From the human T2T-CHM13v2.0 reference genome, Homo sapiens: 64,000 nucleotides of DNA. The translations under genes and the position numbers were made by a program. The stretch lies in assembly GCF_009914755.1 (NCBI RefSeq), contig NC_060943.1; one strand, given 5' to 3'. Numbering within the stretch: position 1 is the first letter of the stretch; each line of letters begins with the position of its first letter. The notes under the pieces are model-generated. The model ran no database searches. It was given only the letters and a program-made list of their open reading frames with translations, and was not told the DNA's origin. This document shows, piece by piece, positions 39,981-52,820 of the stretch.

Positions 39981-41959
39981 GCAAGTGGAGATTTCAGCCG
40001 CTTTGACGTCAATGGTAGAATAGGAAATATCTTCCTATAGAAACTAGACAGAATGATTCTCAGAAACTCCTTTGTGATGTGTGCGTTCAACTCACAGAGT
40101 TTAACCTTTCTTTTCATAGAGCAGTTAGGAAACACTCTGTTTGTAAAGTCTGCAAGTGGATATTCAGACATCCTTGAGGCTTTCGTTGGAAACGGGATTT
40201 CTTCATATTCTGCTAGAAAGAAGAATTCTCAGTAACTTCCTTGTGTTGTGTGTATTCAACTCACAGAGTTGAACGATCCTTTACACAGAGCAGACTTGAA
40301 ACACTCTTTTTGTGGAATTTGCAAGTGGAGATTTCAGCCGCTTTGAGTTCAATGGTAGAATAGGAAATATCTTCCTATAGAAACTAGACAGAATGATTCT
40401 CAGAAACTCCTTTGTGATGTGTGCGTTCAACTCACAGAGTTCAACCTTTCTTTTCATAGAGCAGTTGGGAAACACTCTGTTTGTAAAGTCTGCAAGTGGA
40501 TATTCAGACTTCTTTGAGGCCTTCGTTGGAAGCGGGATTTCTTCATATTCTGCTAGACAGAAGAATTCTCAGAAACTTCCTTGTGTTGTGTGTTTTCAAC
40601 TCACAGAGTTGAACGATCCTTTACACAGAGCAGACTTGAAACACTCCTTTTGTGGAATTTGCAAGTGGAGATTTCAGCCGCTTTGAGGTCAATGGTAGAA
40701 TAGGAAATATCTTCCTATAGAAACTAGACAGAATGATTCTCAGAAACTCCTTTGTGATGTGTGCGTTCAACTCACAGAGTTTAACCTTTCTTTTCATAGA
40801 GCAGTTAGGAAACACTCTGTTTGTAAAGTCTGCAAGTGGATATTCAGACCTCCTTGAGGCCTTCGTTGGAAACGGGATTTCTTCATATTCTGCTAGACAG
40901 AAGAATTCTCAGTAACTTCCTTGTGTTGTGTGTATTCAACTCACAGAGTTGAACGATCCTTTACACAGAGCAGACTTGAAACACTCTTTTTGTGGAATTT
41001 GCAAGTGGAGATTTCAGCCGCTTTGAGGTCAATGGTAGAATAGGAAATATCTTCCTATAGAAACTAGACAGAATGATTCTCAGAAACTCCTTTGTGATGT
41101 GTGCGTTCAACTCACAGAGTTTAACCTTTCTTTTCATAGAGCAGTTAGGAAACACTCTGTTTGTAAAGTCTGCAAGTGGATATTCAGACATCCTTGAGGC
41201 TTTCGTTGGAAACGGGATTTCTTCATATTCTGCTAGAAAGAAGAATTCTCAGTAACCTCCTTGTGTTGTGTGTATTCAACTCACAGAGTTGAACGATCCT
41301 TTACACAGAGCAGACTTGAAACACTCCTTTTGTGGAATTTGCAAGTGGAGATTTCAGCCGCTTTGAGGTCAATGGTAGAATAGGAAATATCTTCCTATAG
41401 AAACTAGACAGAATGATTCTCAGAAACTCCTTTGTGATGTGTGCGTTCAACTCACAGAGTTTAACCTTTCTTTTCATAGAGCAGTTGGGAAACACTCTGT
41501 TTGTAAAGTCTGCAAGTGGATATTCAGACATCCTTGAGGCTTTCGTTGGAAACGGGATTTCTTCATATTCTGCTAGAAAGAAGAATTCTCAGTAACTTCC
41601 TTGTGTTGTGTGTATTCAACTCACAGAGTTGAACGATCCTTTACACAGAGCAGACTTGAAACACTCTTTTTGTGGAATTTGCAAGTGGAGATTTCAGCCG
41701 CTTTGAGGTCAATGGTAGAATAGGACATATCTTCCTATAGAAACTAGACAGAATGATTCTCAGAAACTCCTTTGTGATGTGTGCGTTCAACTCACACAGT
41801 TTAACCTTTCTTTTCATAGAGCAGTTAGGAAACACTCTGTTTGTAAAGTCTGCAAGTGGATATTCAGACCTCCTTGAGGCCTTCGTTGGAAACGGGATTT
41901 CTTCATATTCTGCTAGACAGAAGAATTCTCAGTAACTTCCTTGTGTTGTGTGTATTCAA

Positions 41960-44030
41960 CTCACAGAGTTGAACGATCCTTTACACAGAGCAGACTTGAA
42001 ACACTCTTTTTGTGGAATTTGCAAGTGGAGATTTCAGCCGCTTTGAGTTCAATGGTAGAATAGGAAATATCTTCCTATAGAAACTAGACAGAATGATTCT
42101 CAGAAACTCCTTTGTGATGTGTGCGTTCAACTCACAGAGTTCAACCTTTCTTTTCATAGAGCAGTTGGGAAACACTCTGTTTGTAAAGTCTGCAAGTGGA
42201 TATTCAGACTTCTTTGAGGCCTTCGTTGGAAGCGGGATTTCTTCATATTCTGCTAGACAGAAGAATTCTCAGAAACTTCCTTGTGTTGTGTGTTTTCAAC
42301 TCACAGAGTTGAACGATCCTTTACACAGAGCAGACTTGAAACACTCCTTTTGTGGAATTTGCAAGTGGAGATTTCAGCCGCTTTGAGGTCAATGGTAGAA
42401 TAGGAAATATCTTCCTATAGAAAGTAGACAGAATGATTCTCAGAAACTCCTTTGTGATGTGTGCGTTCAACTCACAGAGTTTAACCTTTCTTTTCATAGA
42501 GCAGTTAGGAAACACTCTGTTTGTAAAGTCTGCAAGTGGATATTCAGACCTCCTTGAGGCCTTCGTTGGAAACGGGATTTCTTCATATTCTGCTAGACAG
42601 AAGAATTCTCAGTAACTTCCTTGTGTTGTGTGTATTCAACTCACAGAGTTGAACGATCCTTTACACAGAGCAGACTTGAAACACTCTTTTTGTGGAATTT
42701 GCAAGTGGAGATTTCAGCCGCTTTGAGGTCAATGGTAGAATAGGAAATATCTTCCTATAGAAACTAGACAGAATGATTCTCAGAAACTCCTTTGTGATGT
42801 GTGCGTTCAACTCACAGAGTTTAACCTTTCTTTTCATAGAGCAGTTAGGAAACACTCTGTTTGTAAAGTCTGCAAGTGGATATTCAGACATCCTTGAGGC
42901 TTTCGTTGGAAACGGGATTTTTTCATATTCTGCTAGAAAGAAGAATTCTCAGTAACTTCCTTGTGTTGTGTGTATTCAACTCACAGAGTTGAACGATCCT
43001 TTACACAGAGCAGACTTGAAACACTCTTTTTGTGGAATTTGCAAGTGGAGATTTCAGCCGCTTTGAGTTCAATGGTAGAATAGGAAATATCTTCCTATAG
43101 AAACTAGACAGAATGATTCTCAGAAACTCCTTTGTGATGTGTGCGTTCAACTCACAGAGTTCAACCTTTCTTTTCATAGAGCAGTTGGGAAACACTCTGT
43201 TTGTAAAGTCTGCAAGTGGATATTCAGACTTCTTTGAGGCCTTCGTTGGAAGCGGGATTTCTTCATATTCTGCTAGACAGAAGAATTCTCAGAAACTTCC
43301 TTGTGTTGTGTGTTTTCAACTCACAGAGTTGAACGATCCTTTACACAGAGCAGACTTGAAACACTCCTTTTGTGGAATTTGCAAGTGGAGATTTCAGCCG
43401 CTTTGAGGTCAATGGTAGAATAGGAAATATCTTCCTATAGAAAGTAGACAGAATGATTCTCAGAAACTCCTTTGTGATGTGTGCGTTCAACTCACAGAGT
43501 TTAACCTTTCTTTTCATAGAGCAGTTAGGAAACACTCTGTTTGTAAAGTCTGCAAGTGGATATTCAGACCTCCTTGAGGCCTTCGTTGGAAACGGGATTT
43601 CTTCATATTCTGCTAGACAGAAGAATTCTCAGTAACTTCCTTGTGTTGTGTGTATTCAACTCACAGAGTTGAACGATCCTTTACACAGAGCAGACTTGAA
43701 ACACTCTTTTTGTGGAATTTGCAAGTGGAGATTTCAGCCGCTTTGAGGTCAATGGTAGAATAGGAAATATCTTCCTATAGAAACTAGACAGAATGATTCT
43801 CAGAAACTCCTTTGTGATGTGTGCGTTCAACTCACAGAGTTTAACCTTTCTTTTCATAGAGCAGTTAGGAAACACTCTGTTTGTAAAGTCTGCAAGTGGA
43901 TATTCAGACATCCTTGAGGCTTTCGTTGGAAACGGGATTTCTTCATATTCTGCTAGAAAGAAGAATTCTCAGTAACTTCCTTGTGTTGTGTGTATTCAAC
44001 TCACAGAGTTGAACGATCCTTTACACAGAG
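41960..44030 (+). repeat. Probable tandem duplication of a 3-dimer (1020 bp) unit
   Basis: The same succession of three dimer types recurs at +1020 (41981/43001, 42321/43341, 42661/43681). Support comes only from common variants. Confidence 0.6.
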
Positions 44031-44699
44031 CAGACTTGAAACACTCCTTTTGTGGAATTTGCAAGTGGAGATTTCAGCCGCTTTGAGGTCAATGGTAGAA
44101 TGGGAAATATCTTCCTATAGAAACTAGACAGAATGATTCTCAGAAACTCCTTTGTGATGTGTGCGTTCAACTCACAGAGTTTAACCTTTCTTTTCATAGA
44201 GCAGTTGGGAAACACTCTGTTTGTAAAGTCTGCAAGTGGATATTCAGACATCCTTGAGGCTTTCGTTGGAAACGGGATTTCTTCATATTCTGCTAGAAAG
44301 AAGAATTCTCAGTAACTTCCTTGTGTTGTGTGTATTCAACTCACAGAGTTGAACGATCCTTTACACAGAGCAGACTTGAAACACTCTTTTTGTGGAATTT
44401 GCAAGTGGAGATTTCAGCCGCTTTGAGGTCAATGGTAGAATAGGAAATATCTTCCTATAGAAACTAGACAGAATGATTCTCAGAAACTCCTTTGTGATGT
44501 GTGCGTTCAACTCACAGAGTTCAACCTTTCTTTTCATAGAGCAGTTGGGAAACACTCTGTTTGTAAAGTCTGCAAGTGGATATTCAGACTTCTTTGAGGC
44601 CTTCGTTGGAAGCGGGATTTCTTCATATTCTGCTAGACAGAAGAATTCTCAGTAACTGCCTTGTGTTGTGTGTATTCAACTCACAGAGTTGAACGATCC

Positions 44700-45440
44700 T
44701 TTACACAGAGCAGACTTGAAACACTCTTTTTGTGGAATTTGCAAGTGGAGATTTCAGCCGCTTTGAGGTCAATGGTAGAATAGGAAATATCTTCCTATAG
44801 AAACTAGACAGAATGATTCTCAGAAACTCCTTTGTGATGTGTGCGTTCAACTCACAGAGTTTACCCTTTCTTTTCATAGAGCAGTTAGGAAACACTCTGT
44901 TTGTAAAGTCTGCAAGTGGATATTCAGACATCCTTGAGGCTTTCGTTGGAAACGGGATTTCTTCATATTCTGCCAGAAAGAAGAATTCTCAGTAACTTCC
45001 TTGTGTTGTGTGTATTCAACTCACAGAGTTGAACGATCCTTTACACAGAGCAGACTTGAAACACTCTTTTTGTGGAATTTGCAAGTGGAGATTTCAGCCG
45101 CTTTGAGGTCAATGGTAGAATAGGAAATATCTTCCTATAGAAACTAGACAGAATGATTCTCAGAAACTCCTTTGTGATGTGTGCGTTCAACTCACAGAGT
45201 TTACCCTTTCTTTTCATAGAGCAGTTAGGAAACACTCTGTTTGTAAAGTCTGCAAGTGGATATTCAGACATCCTTGAGGCTTTCGTTGGAAACGGGATTT
45301 CTTCATATTCTGCCAGAAAGAAGAATTCTCAGTAACTTCCTTGTGTTGTGTGTATTCAACTCACAGAGTTGAACGATCCTTTACACAGAGCAGACTTGAA
45401 ACACTCTTTTTGTGGAATTTGCAAGTGGAGATTTCAGCCG
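44700..45440 (+). repeat. Two adjacent identical dimers with rare variants
   Basis: TTACCCTT (44864, 45204) and TGCCAGAAAG (44974, 45314) recur at +340. Confidence 0.88.
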
Positions 45441-47929
45441 CTGTGAGGTCAATGTTAGAATAGGACATATCTTCCTATAGAAACTAGACAGAATGATTCT
45501 CAGAAACTCCTTTGTGATGTGTGCGTTCAACTCACAGAGTTTAACCTTTCTTTTCATAGAGCAGTTGGGAAACACTCTGTTTGTAAAGTCTGCAAGTGGA
45601 TATTCAGACTTCTTTGAGGCCTTCGTTGGAAGCGGGATTTCTTCATATTCTGCTAGACAGAAGAATTCTCAGAAACTTCCTTGTGTTGTGTGTTTTCAAC
45701 TCACAGAGTTGAACGATCCTTTACACAGAGCAGACTTGAAACACTCCTTTTGTGGAATTTGCAAGTGGAGATTTCAGCCGCTTTGAGGTCAATGGTAGAA
45801 TAGGAAATATCTTCCTATAGAAAGTAGACAGAATGATTCTCAGAAACTCCTTTGTGATGTGTGCGTTCAACTCACAGAGTTTAACCTTTCTTTTCATAGA
45901 GCAGTTAGGAAACACTCTGTTTGTAAAGTCTGCAAGTGGATATTCAGACCTCCTTGAGGCCTTCGTTGGAAACGGGATTTCTTCATATTATGCTAGACAG
46001 AAGAATTCTCAGTAACTTCCTTGTGTTGTGTGTATTCAACTCACAGAGTTGAACGATCCTTTACACAGAGCAGACTTGAAACACTCTTTTTGTGGAATTT
46101 GCAAGTGGAGATTTCAGCCGCTTTGAGTTCAATGGTAGAATAGGAAATATCTTCCTATAGAAACTAGACAGAATGATTCTCAGAAACTCCTTTGTGATGT
46201 GTGCGTTCAACTCACAGAGTTCAACCTTTCTTTTCATAGAGCAGTTGGGAAACACTCTGTTTGTAAAGTCTGCAAGTGGATATTCAGACTTCTTTGAGGC
46301 CTTCGTTGGAAGCGGGATTTCTTCATATTCTGCTAGACAGAAGAATTCTCAGTAACTTCCTTGTGTTGTGTGTATTCAACTCACAGAGTTGAACGATCCT
46401 TTACACAGAGCAGACTTGAAACACTCTTTTTGTGGAATTTGCAAGTGGAGATTTCAGCCGCTTTGAGGTCAATGGTAGAATAGGAAATATCTTCCTATAG
46501 AAACTAGACAGAATGATTCTCAGAAACTCCTTTGTGATGTGTGCGTTCAACTCACAGAGTTTAACCTTTCTTTTCATAGAGCAGTTAGGAAACACTCTGT
46601 TTGTAAAGTCTGCAAGTGGATATTCAGACATCCTTGAGGCTTTCGTTGGAAACGGGATTTCTTCATATTCTGCTAGAAAGAAGAATTCTCAGTAACTTCC
46701 TTGTGTTGTGTGTATTCAACTCACAGAGTTGAACGATCCTTTACACAGAGCAGACTTGAAACACTCCTTTTGTGGAATTTGCAAGTGGAGATTTCAGCCG
46801 CTTTGAGGTCAATGGTAGAATAGGAAATATCTTCCTATAGAAACTAGACAGAATGATTCTCAGAAACTCCTTTGTGATGTGTGCGTTCAACTCACAGAGT
46901 TTAACCTTTCTTTTCATAGAGCAGTTGGGAAACACTCTGTTTGTAAAGTCTGCAAGTGGATATTCAGACATCCTTGAGGCTTTCGTTGGAAACGGGATTT
47001 CTTCATATTCTGCTAGAAAGAAGAATTCTCAGTAACTTCCTTGTGTTGTGTGTATTCAACTCACAGAGTTGAACGATCCTTTACACAGAGCAGACTTGAA
47101 ACACTCTTTTTGTGGAATTTGCAAGTGGAGATTTCAGCCGCTTTGAGGTCAATGGTAGAATAGGAAATATCTTCCTATAGAAACTAGACAGAATGATTCT
47201 CAGAAACTCCTTTGTGATGTGTGCGTTCAACTCACACAGTTTAACCTTTCTTTTCATAGAGCAGTTAGGAAACACTCTGTTTGTAAAGTCTGCAAGTGGA
47301 TATTCAGACCTCCTTGAGGCCTTCGTTGGAAACGGGATTTGTTCATATTATGCTAGACAGAGGAATTCTCAGGAACTTCCTTGTGTTGTGTGTATTCAAC
47401 TCACAGAGTTGAACGATCCTTTACACAGAGCAGACTTGAAACACTCTTTTGGTGGAATTTGCAAGTGGAGATTTCAGCCGCTTTGAGTTCAATGGTAGAA
47501 TAGGAAATATCTTCCTATAGAAACTACACAGAATGATTCTCAGAAACTGCTTTGTGATGTGTGCGTTCAACTCACAGAGTTCAACCTTTCTTTTCATAGA
47601 GCAGTTGGGAAACACTCTGTTTGTAAAGTCTGCAAGTGGATATTCAGACTTCTTTGAGGCCTTCTTTGGAAGCGGGATTTCTTCATGTTCTGCTAGACAG
47701 AAGAATTCTCAGAAACTTCCTTGTGTTGTGTGTTTTCAACTCACAGAGTTGAACGATCCTTTACACAGAGCAGACTTGAAACACTCCTTTTGTGGAATTT
47801 GCAAGTGGAGATTTCAGCCGCTTTGAGGTCAATGGTAGAATAGGAAATATCTTCCTATAGAAAGTAGACAGAATGATTCTCAGAAACTCCTTTGTGATGT
47901 GTGCGTTCAACTCACAGAGTTTAACCTTT

Positions 47930-50900
47930 CTTTTCATAGAGCAGTTGGGAAACACTCTGTTTGTAAAGTCTGCAAGTGGATATTCAGACATCCTTGAGGC
48001 TTTCGTTGGAAACGGGATTTCTTCATATTCTGCTAGAAAGAAGAATTCTCAGTAACTTCCTTGTGTTGTGTGTATTCAACTCACAGAGTTGCACGATCCT
48101 TTACACAGAGCAGACTTGAAACACTCTTTTTGTGGAATTTGCAAGTGGAGATTTCAGCCGCTTTGAGGTCAATGGTAGAATAGGAAATATCTTCCTATAG
48201 AAACTAGACAGAATGATTCTCAGAAACTTCTTTGTGATGTGTGCGTTCAACTCACAGAGTTCAACCTTTCTTTTCATAGAGCAGTTAGGAAACACTCTGT
48301 TTGTAAAGTCTGCAAGTGGATATTCAGACCTCCTTGAGGCCTTCGTTGGAAGCGGGATTTCTTCATGTTCTGCTAGACAGAAGAATTCTCAGAAACTTCC
48401 TTGTGTTGTGTGTTTTCAACTCACAGAGTTGAACGATCCTTTACACAGAGCAGACTTGAAACACTCCTTTTGTGGAATTTGCAAGTGGAGATTTCAGCCG
48501 CTTTGAGGTCAATGGTAGAATAGGAAATATCTTCCTATAGAAAGTAGACAGAATGATTCTCAGAAACTCCTTTGTGATGTGTGCGTTCAACTCACAGAGT
48601 TTAACCTTTCTTTTCATAGAGCAGTTAGGAAACACTCTGTTTGTAAAGTCTGCAAGTGGATATTCAGACCTCCTTGAGGCCTTCGTTGGAAGCGGGATTT
48701 CTTCATGTTCTGCTAGACAGAAGAATTCTCAGAAACTTCCTTGTGTTGTGTGTTTTCAACTCACAGAGTTGAACGATCCTTTACACAGAGCAGACTTGAA
48801 ACACTCCTTTTGTGGAATTTGCAAGTGGAGATTTCAGCCGCTTTGAGGTCAATGGTAGAATAGGAAATATCTTCCTATAGAAACTAGACAGAATGATTCT
48901 GAGAAATCCTTTGTGATGTGTGCGTTCAACTCACAGAGTTTAACCTTTCTTTTCATAGAGCAGTTAGGAAACACTCTGTTTGTAAAGTCTGCAAGTGGAT
49001 ATTCAGACCTCCTTGAGGCCTTCGTTGGAAACGGGATTTGTTCATATTATGGTAGACAGAGGAATTCTCAGGAACTTCCTTGTGTTGTGTGTATTCAACT
49101 CACAGAGTTGAACGATCCTTTACACAGAGCAGACTTGAAACACTCTTTTGGTGGAATTTGCAAGTGGAGATTTCAGCCGCTTTGAGTTCAATGGTAGAAT
49201 AGGAAATATCTTCCTATAGAAACTAGACAGAATGATTCTCAGAAACTGCTTTGTGATGTGTGCGTTCAACTCACAGAGTTCAACCTTTCTTTTCATAGAG
49301 CAGTTGGGAAACACTCTGTTTGTAAAGTCTGCAAGTGGATATTCAGACTTCTTTGAGGCCTTCGTTGGAAGCGGGATTTCTTCATGTTCTGCTAGACAGA
49401 AGAATTCTCAGAAACTTCCTTGTGTTGTGTGTTTTCAACTCACAGAGTTGAACGATCCTTTACACAGAGCAGACTTGAAACACTCCTTTTGTGGAATTTG
49501 CAAGTGGAGATTTCAGCCGCTTTGAGGTCAATGGTAGAATAGGAAATATCTTCCTATAGAAAGTAGACAGAATGATTCTCAGAAACACCTTTGTGATGTG
49601 TGCGTTCAACTCACAGAGTTTAACCTTTCTTTTCATAGAGCAGTTAGGAAACACTCTGTTTGTAAAGTCTGCAAGTGGATATTCAGACCTCCTTGAGGCC
49701 TTCGTTGGAAACGGGATTTCTTCATATTATGCTAGACAGAAGAATTCTCAGTAACTTCCTTGTGTTGTGTGTATTCAACTCACAGAGTTGAACGATCCTT
49801 TACACAGAGCAGACTTGAAACACTCTTTTTGTGGAATTTGCAAGTGGAGATTTCAGCCGCTGTGAGTTCAATGGTAGAATAGGAAATATCTTCCTATAGA
49901 AACTAGACAGAATGATTCTCAGAAACTCCTTTGTGATGTGTGCGTTCAACTCACAGAGTTCAACCTTTCTTTTCATAGAGCAGTTGGGAAACACTCTGTT
50001 TGTAAAGTCTGCAAGTGGATATTCAGACTTTGAGGCTTTCGTTGGAAGCGGGATTTCTTCATATTCTGCTAGACAGAAGAATTCTCAGTAACTGCCTTGT
50101 GTTGTGTGTATTCAACTCACAGAGTTGAACGATCCTTTACACAGAGCAGACTTGAAACACTCTTTTTGTGGAATTTGCAAGTGGAGATTTCAGCCGCTTT
50201 GAGGTCAATGGTAGAATAGGAAATATCTTCCTATAGAAACTAGACAGAATGATTCTCAGAAACTCCTTTGTGATGTGTGCGTTCAACTCACAGAGTTTAA
50301 CCTTTCTTTTCATAGAGCAGTTAGGAAACACTCTGTTTGTAAAGTCTGCAAGTGGATATTCAGACATCCTTGAGGCTTTCGTTGGAAACGGGATTTCTTC
50401 ATATTCTGCTAGAAAGAAGAATTCTCAGTAACTTCCTTGTGTTGTGTGTATTCAACTCACAGAGTTGAACGATCCTTTACACAGAGCAGACTTGAAACAC
50501 TCCTTTTGTGGAATTTGCAAGTGGAGATTTCAGCCGCTTTGAGGTCAATGGTAGAATAGGAAATATCTTCCTATAGAAACTAGACAGAATGATTCTCAGA
50601 AACTCCTTTGTGATGTGTGCGTTCAACTCACAGAGTTTAACCTTTCTTTTCATAGAGCAGTTGGGAAACACTCTGTTTGTAAAGTCTGCAAGTGGATATT
50701 CAGACATCCTTGAGGCTTTCGTTGGAAACGGGATTTCTTCATATTCTGCTAGAAAGAAGAATTCTCAGTAACTTCCTTGTGTTGTGTGTATTCAACTCAC
50801 AGAGTTGCACGATCCTTTACACAGAGCAGACTTGAAACACTCTTTTTGTGGAATTTGCAAGTGGAGATTTCAGCCGCTTTGAGGTCAATGGTAGAATAGG

Positions 50901-52820
50901 AAATATCTTCCTATAGAAACTAGACAGAATGATTCTCAGAAACTTCTTTGTGATGTGTGCGTTCAACTCACAGAGTTTAACCTTTCTTTTCATAGAGCAG
51001 TTAGGAAACACTCTGTTTGTAAAGTCTGCAAGTGGATATTCAGACCTCCTTGAGGCCTTCGTTGGAAGCGGGATTTCTTCATGTTCTGCTAGACAGAAGA
51101 ATTCTCAGAAACTTCCTTGTGTTGTGTGTTTTCAACTCACAGAGTTGAACGATCCTTTACACAGAGCAGACTTGAAACACTCCTTTTGTGGAATTTGCAA
51201 GTGGAGATTTCAGCCGCTTTGAGGTCAATGGTAGAATAGGAAATATCTTCCTATAGAAAGTAGACAGAATGATTCTCAGAAACTCCTTTGTGATGTGTGC
51301 GTTCAACTCACAGAGTTTAACCTTTCTTTTCATAGAGCAGTTAGGAAACACTCTGTTTGTAAAGTCTGCAAGTGGATATTCAGACCTCCTTGAGGCCTTC
51401 GTTGGAAGCGGGATTTCTTCATGTTCTGCTAGACAGAAGAATTCTCAGAAACTTCCTTGTGTTGTGTGTTTTCAACTCACAGAGTTGAACGATCCTTTAC
51501 ACAGAGCAGACTTGAAACACTCCTTTTGTGGAATTTGCAAGTGGAGATTTCAGCCGCTTTGAGGTCAATGGTAGAATAGGAAATATCTTCCTATAGAAAC
51601 TAGACAGAATGATTCTGAGAAATCCTTTGTGATGTGTGCGTTCAACTCACAGAGTTTAACCTTTCTTTTCATAGAGCAGTTAGGAAACACTCTGTTTGTA
51701 AAGTCTGCAAGTGGATATTCAGACCTCCTTGAGGCCTTCGTTGGAAACGGGATTTGTTCATATTATGCTAGACAGAGGAATTCTCAGGAACTTCCTTGTG
51801 TTGTGTGTATTCAACTCACAGAGTTGAACGATCCTTTACACAGAGCAGACTTGAAACACTCTTTTGGTGGAATTTGCAAGTGGAGATTTCAGCCGCTTTG
51901 AGTTCAATGGTAGAATAGGAAATATCTTCCTATAGAAACTACACAGAATGATTCTCAGAAACTGCTTTGTGATGTGTGCGTTCAACTCACAGAGTTCAAC
52001 CTTTCTTTTCATAGAGCAGTTGGGAAACACTCTGTTTGTAAAGTCTGCAAGTGGATATTCAGACTTCTTTGAGGCCTTCGTTGGAAGCGGGATTTCTTCA
52101 TGTTCTGCTAGACAGAAGAATTCTCAGAAACTTCCTTGTGTTGTGTGTTTTCAACTCACAGAGTTGAACGATCCTTTACACAGAGCAGACTTGAAACACT
52201 CCTTTTGTGGAATTTGCAAGTGGAGATTTCAGCCGCTTTGAGGTCAATGGTAGAATAGGAAATATCTTCCTATAGAAAGTAGACAGAATGATTCTCAGAA
52301 ACTCCTTTGTGATGTGTGCGTTCAACTCACAGAGTTTAACCTTTCTTTTCATAGAGCAGTTAGGAAACACTCTGTTTGTAAAGTCTGCAAGTGGATATTC
52401 AGACCTCCTTGAGGCCTTCGTTGGAAACGGGATTTCTTCATATTATGCTAGACAGAAGAATTCTCAGTAACTTCCTTGTGTTGTGTGTATTCAACTCACA
52501 GAGTTGAACGATCCTTTACACAGAGCAGACTTGAAACACTCTTTTTGTGGAATTTGCAAGTGGAGATTTCAGCCGCTGTGAGTTCAATGGTAGAATAGGA
52601 AATATCTTCCTATAGAAACTAGACAGAATGATTCTCAGAAACTCCTTTGTGATGTGTGCGTTCAACTCACAGAGTTCAACCTTTCTTTTCATAGAGCAGT
52701 TGGGAAACACTCTGTTTGTAAAGTCTGCAAGTGGATATTCAGACTTCTTTGAGGCCTTCGTTGGAAGCGGGATTTCTTCATATTCTGCTAGACAGAAGAA
52801 TTCTCAGTAACTGCCTTGTG
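47930..52820 (+). repeat. Duplication at 8-dimer offset (2716 bp)
   Basis: GTTGCACG, AAACTTCTTT, the GAGAAATCC deletion, ATTTGTTC, CAGGAAC, TTTGGTGG and GCTGTGAGTT recur at +2716. Confidence 0.88.
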
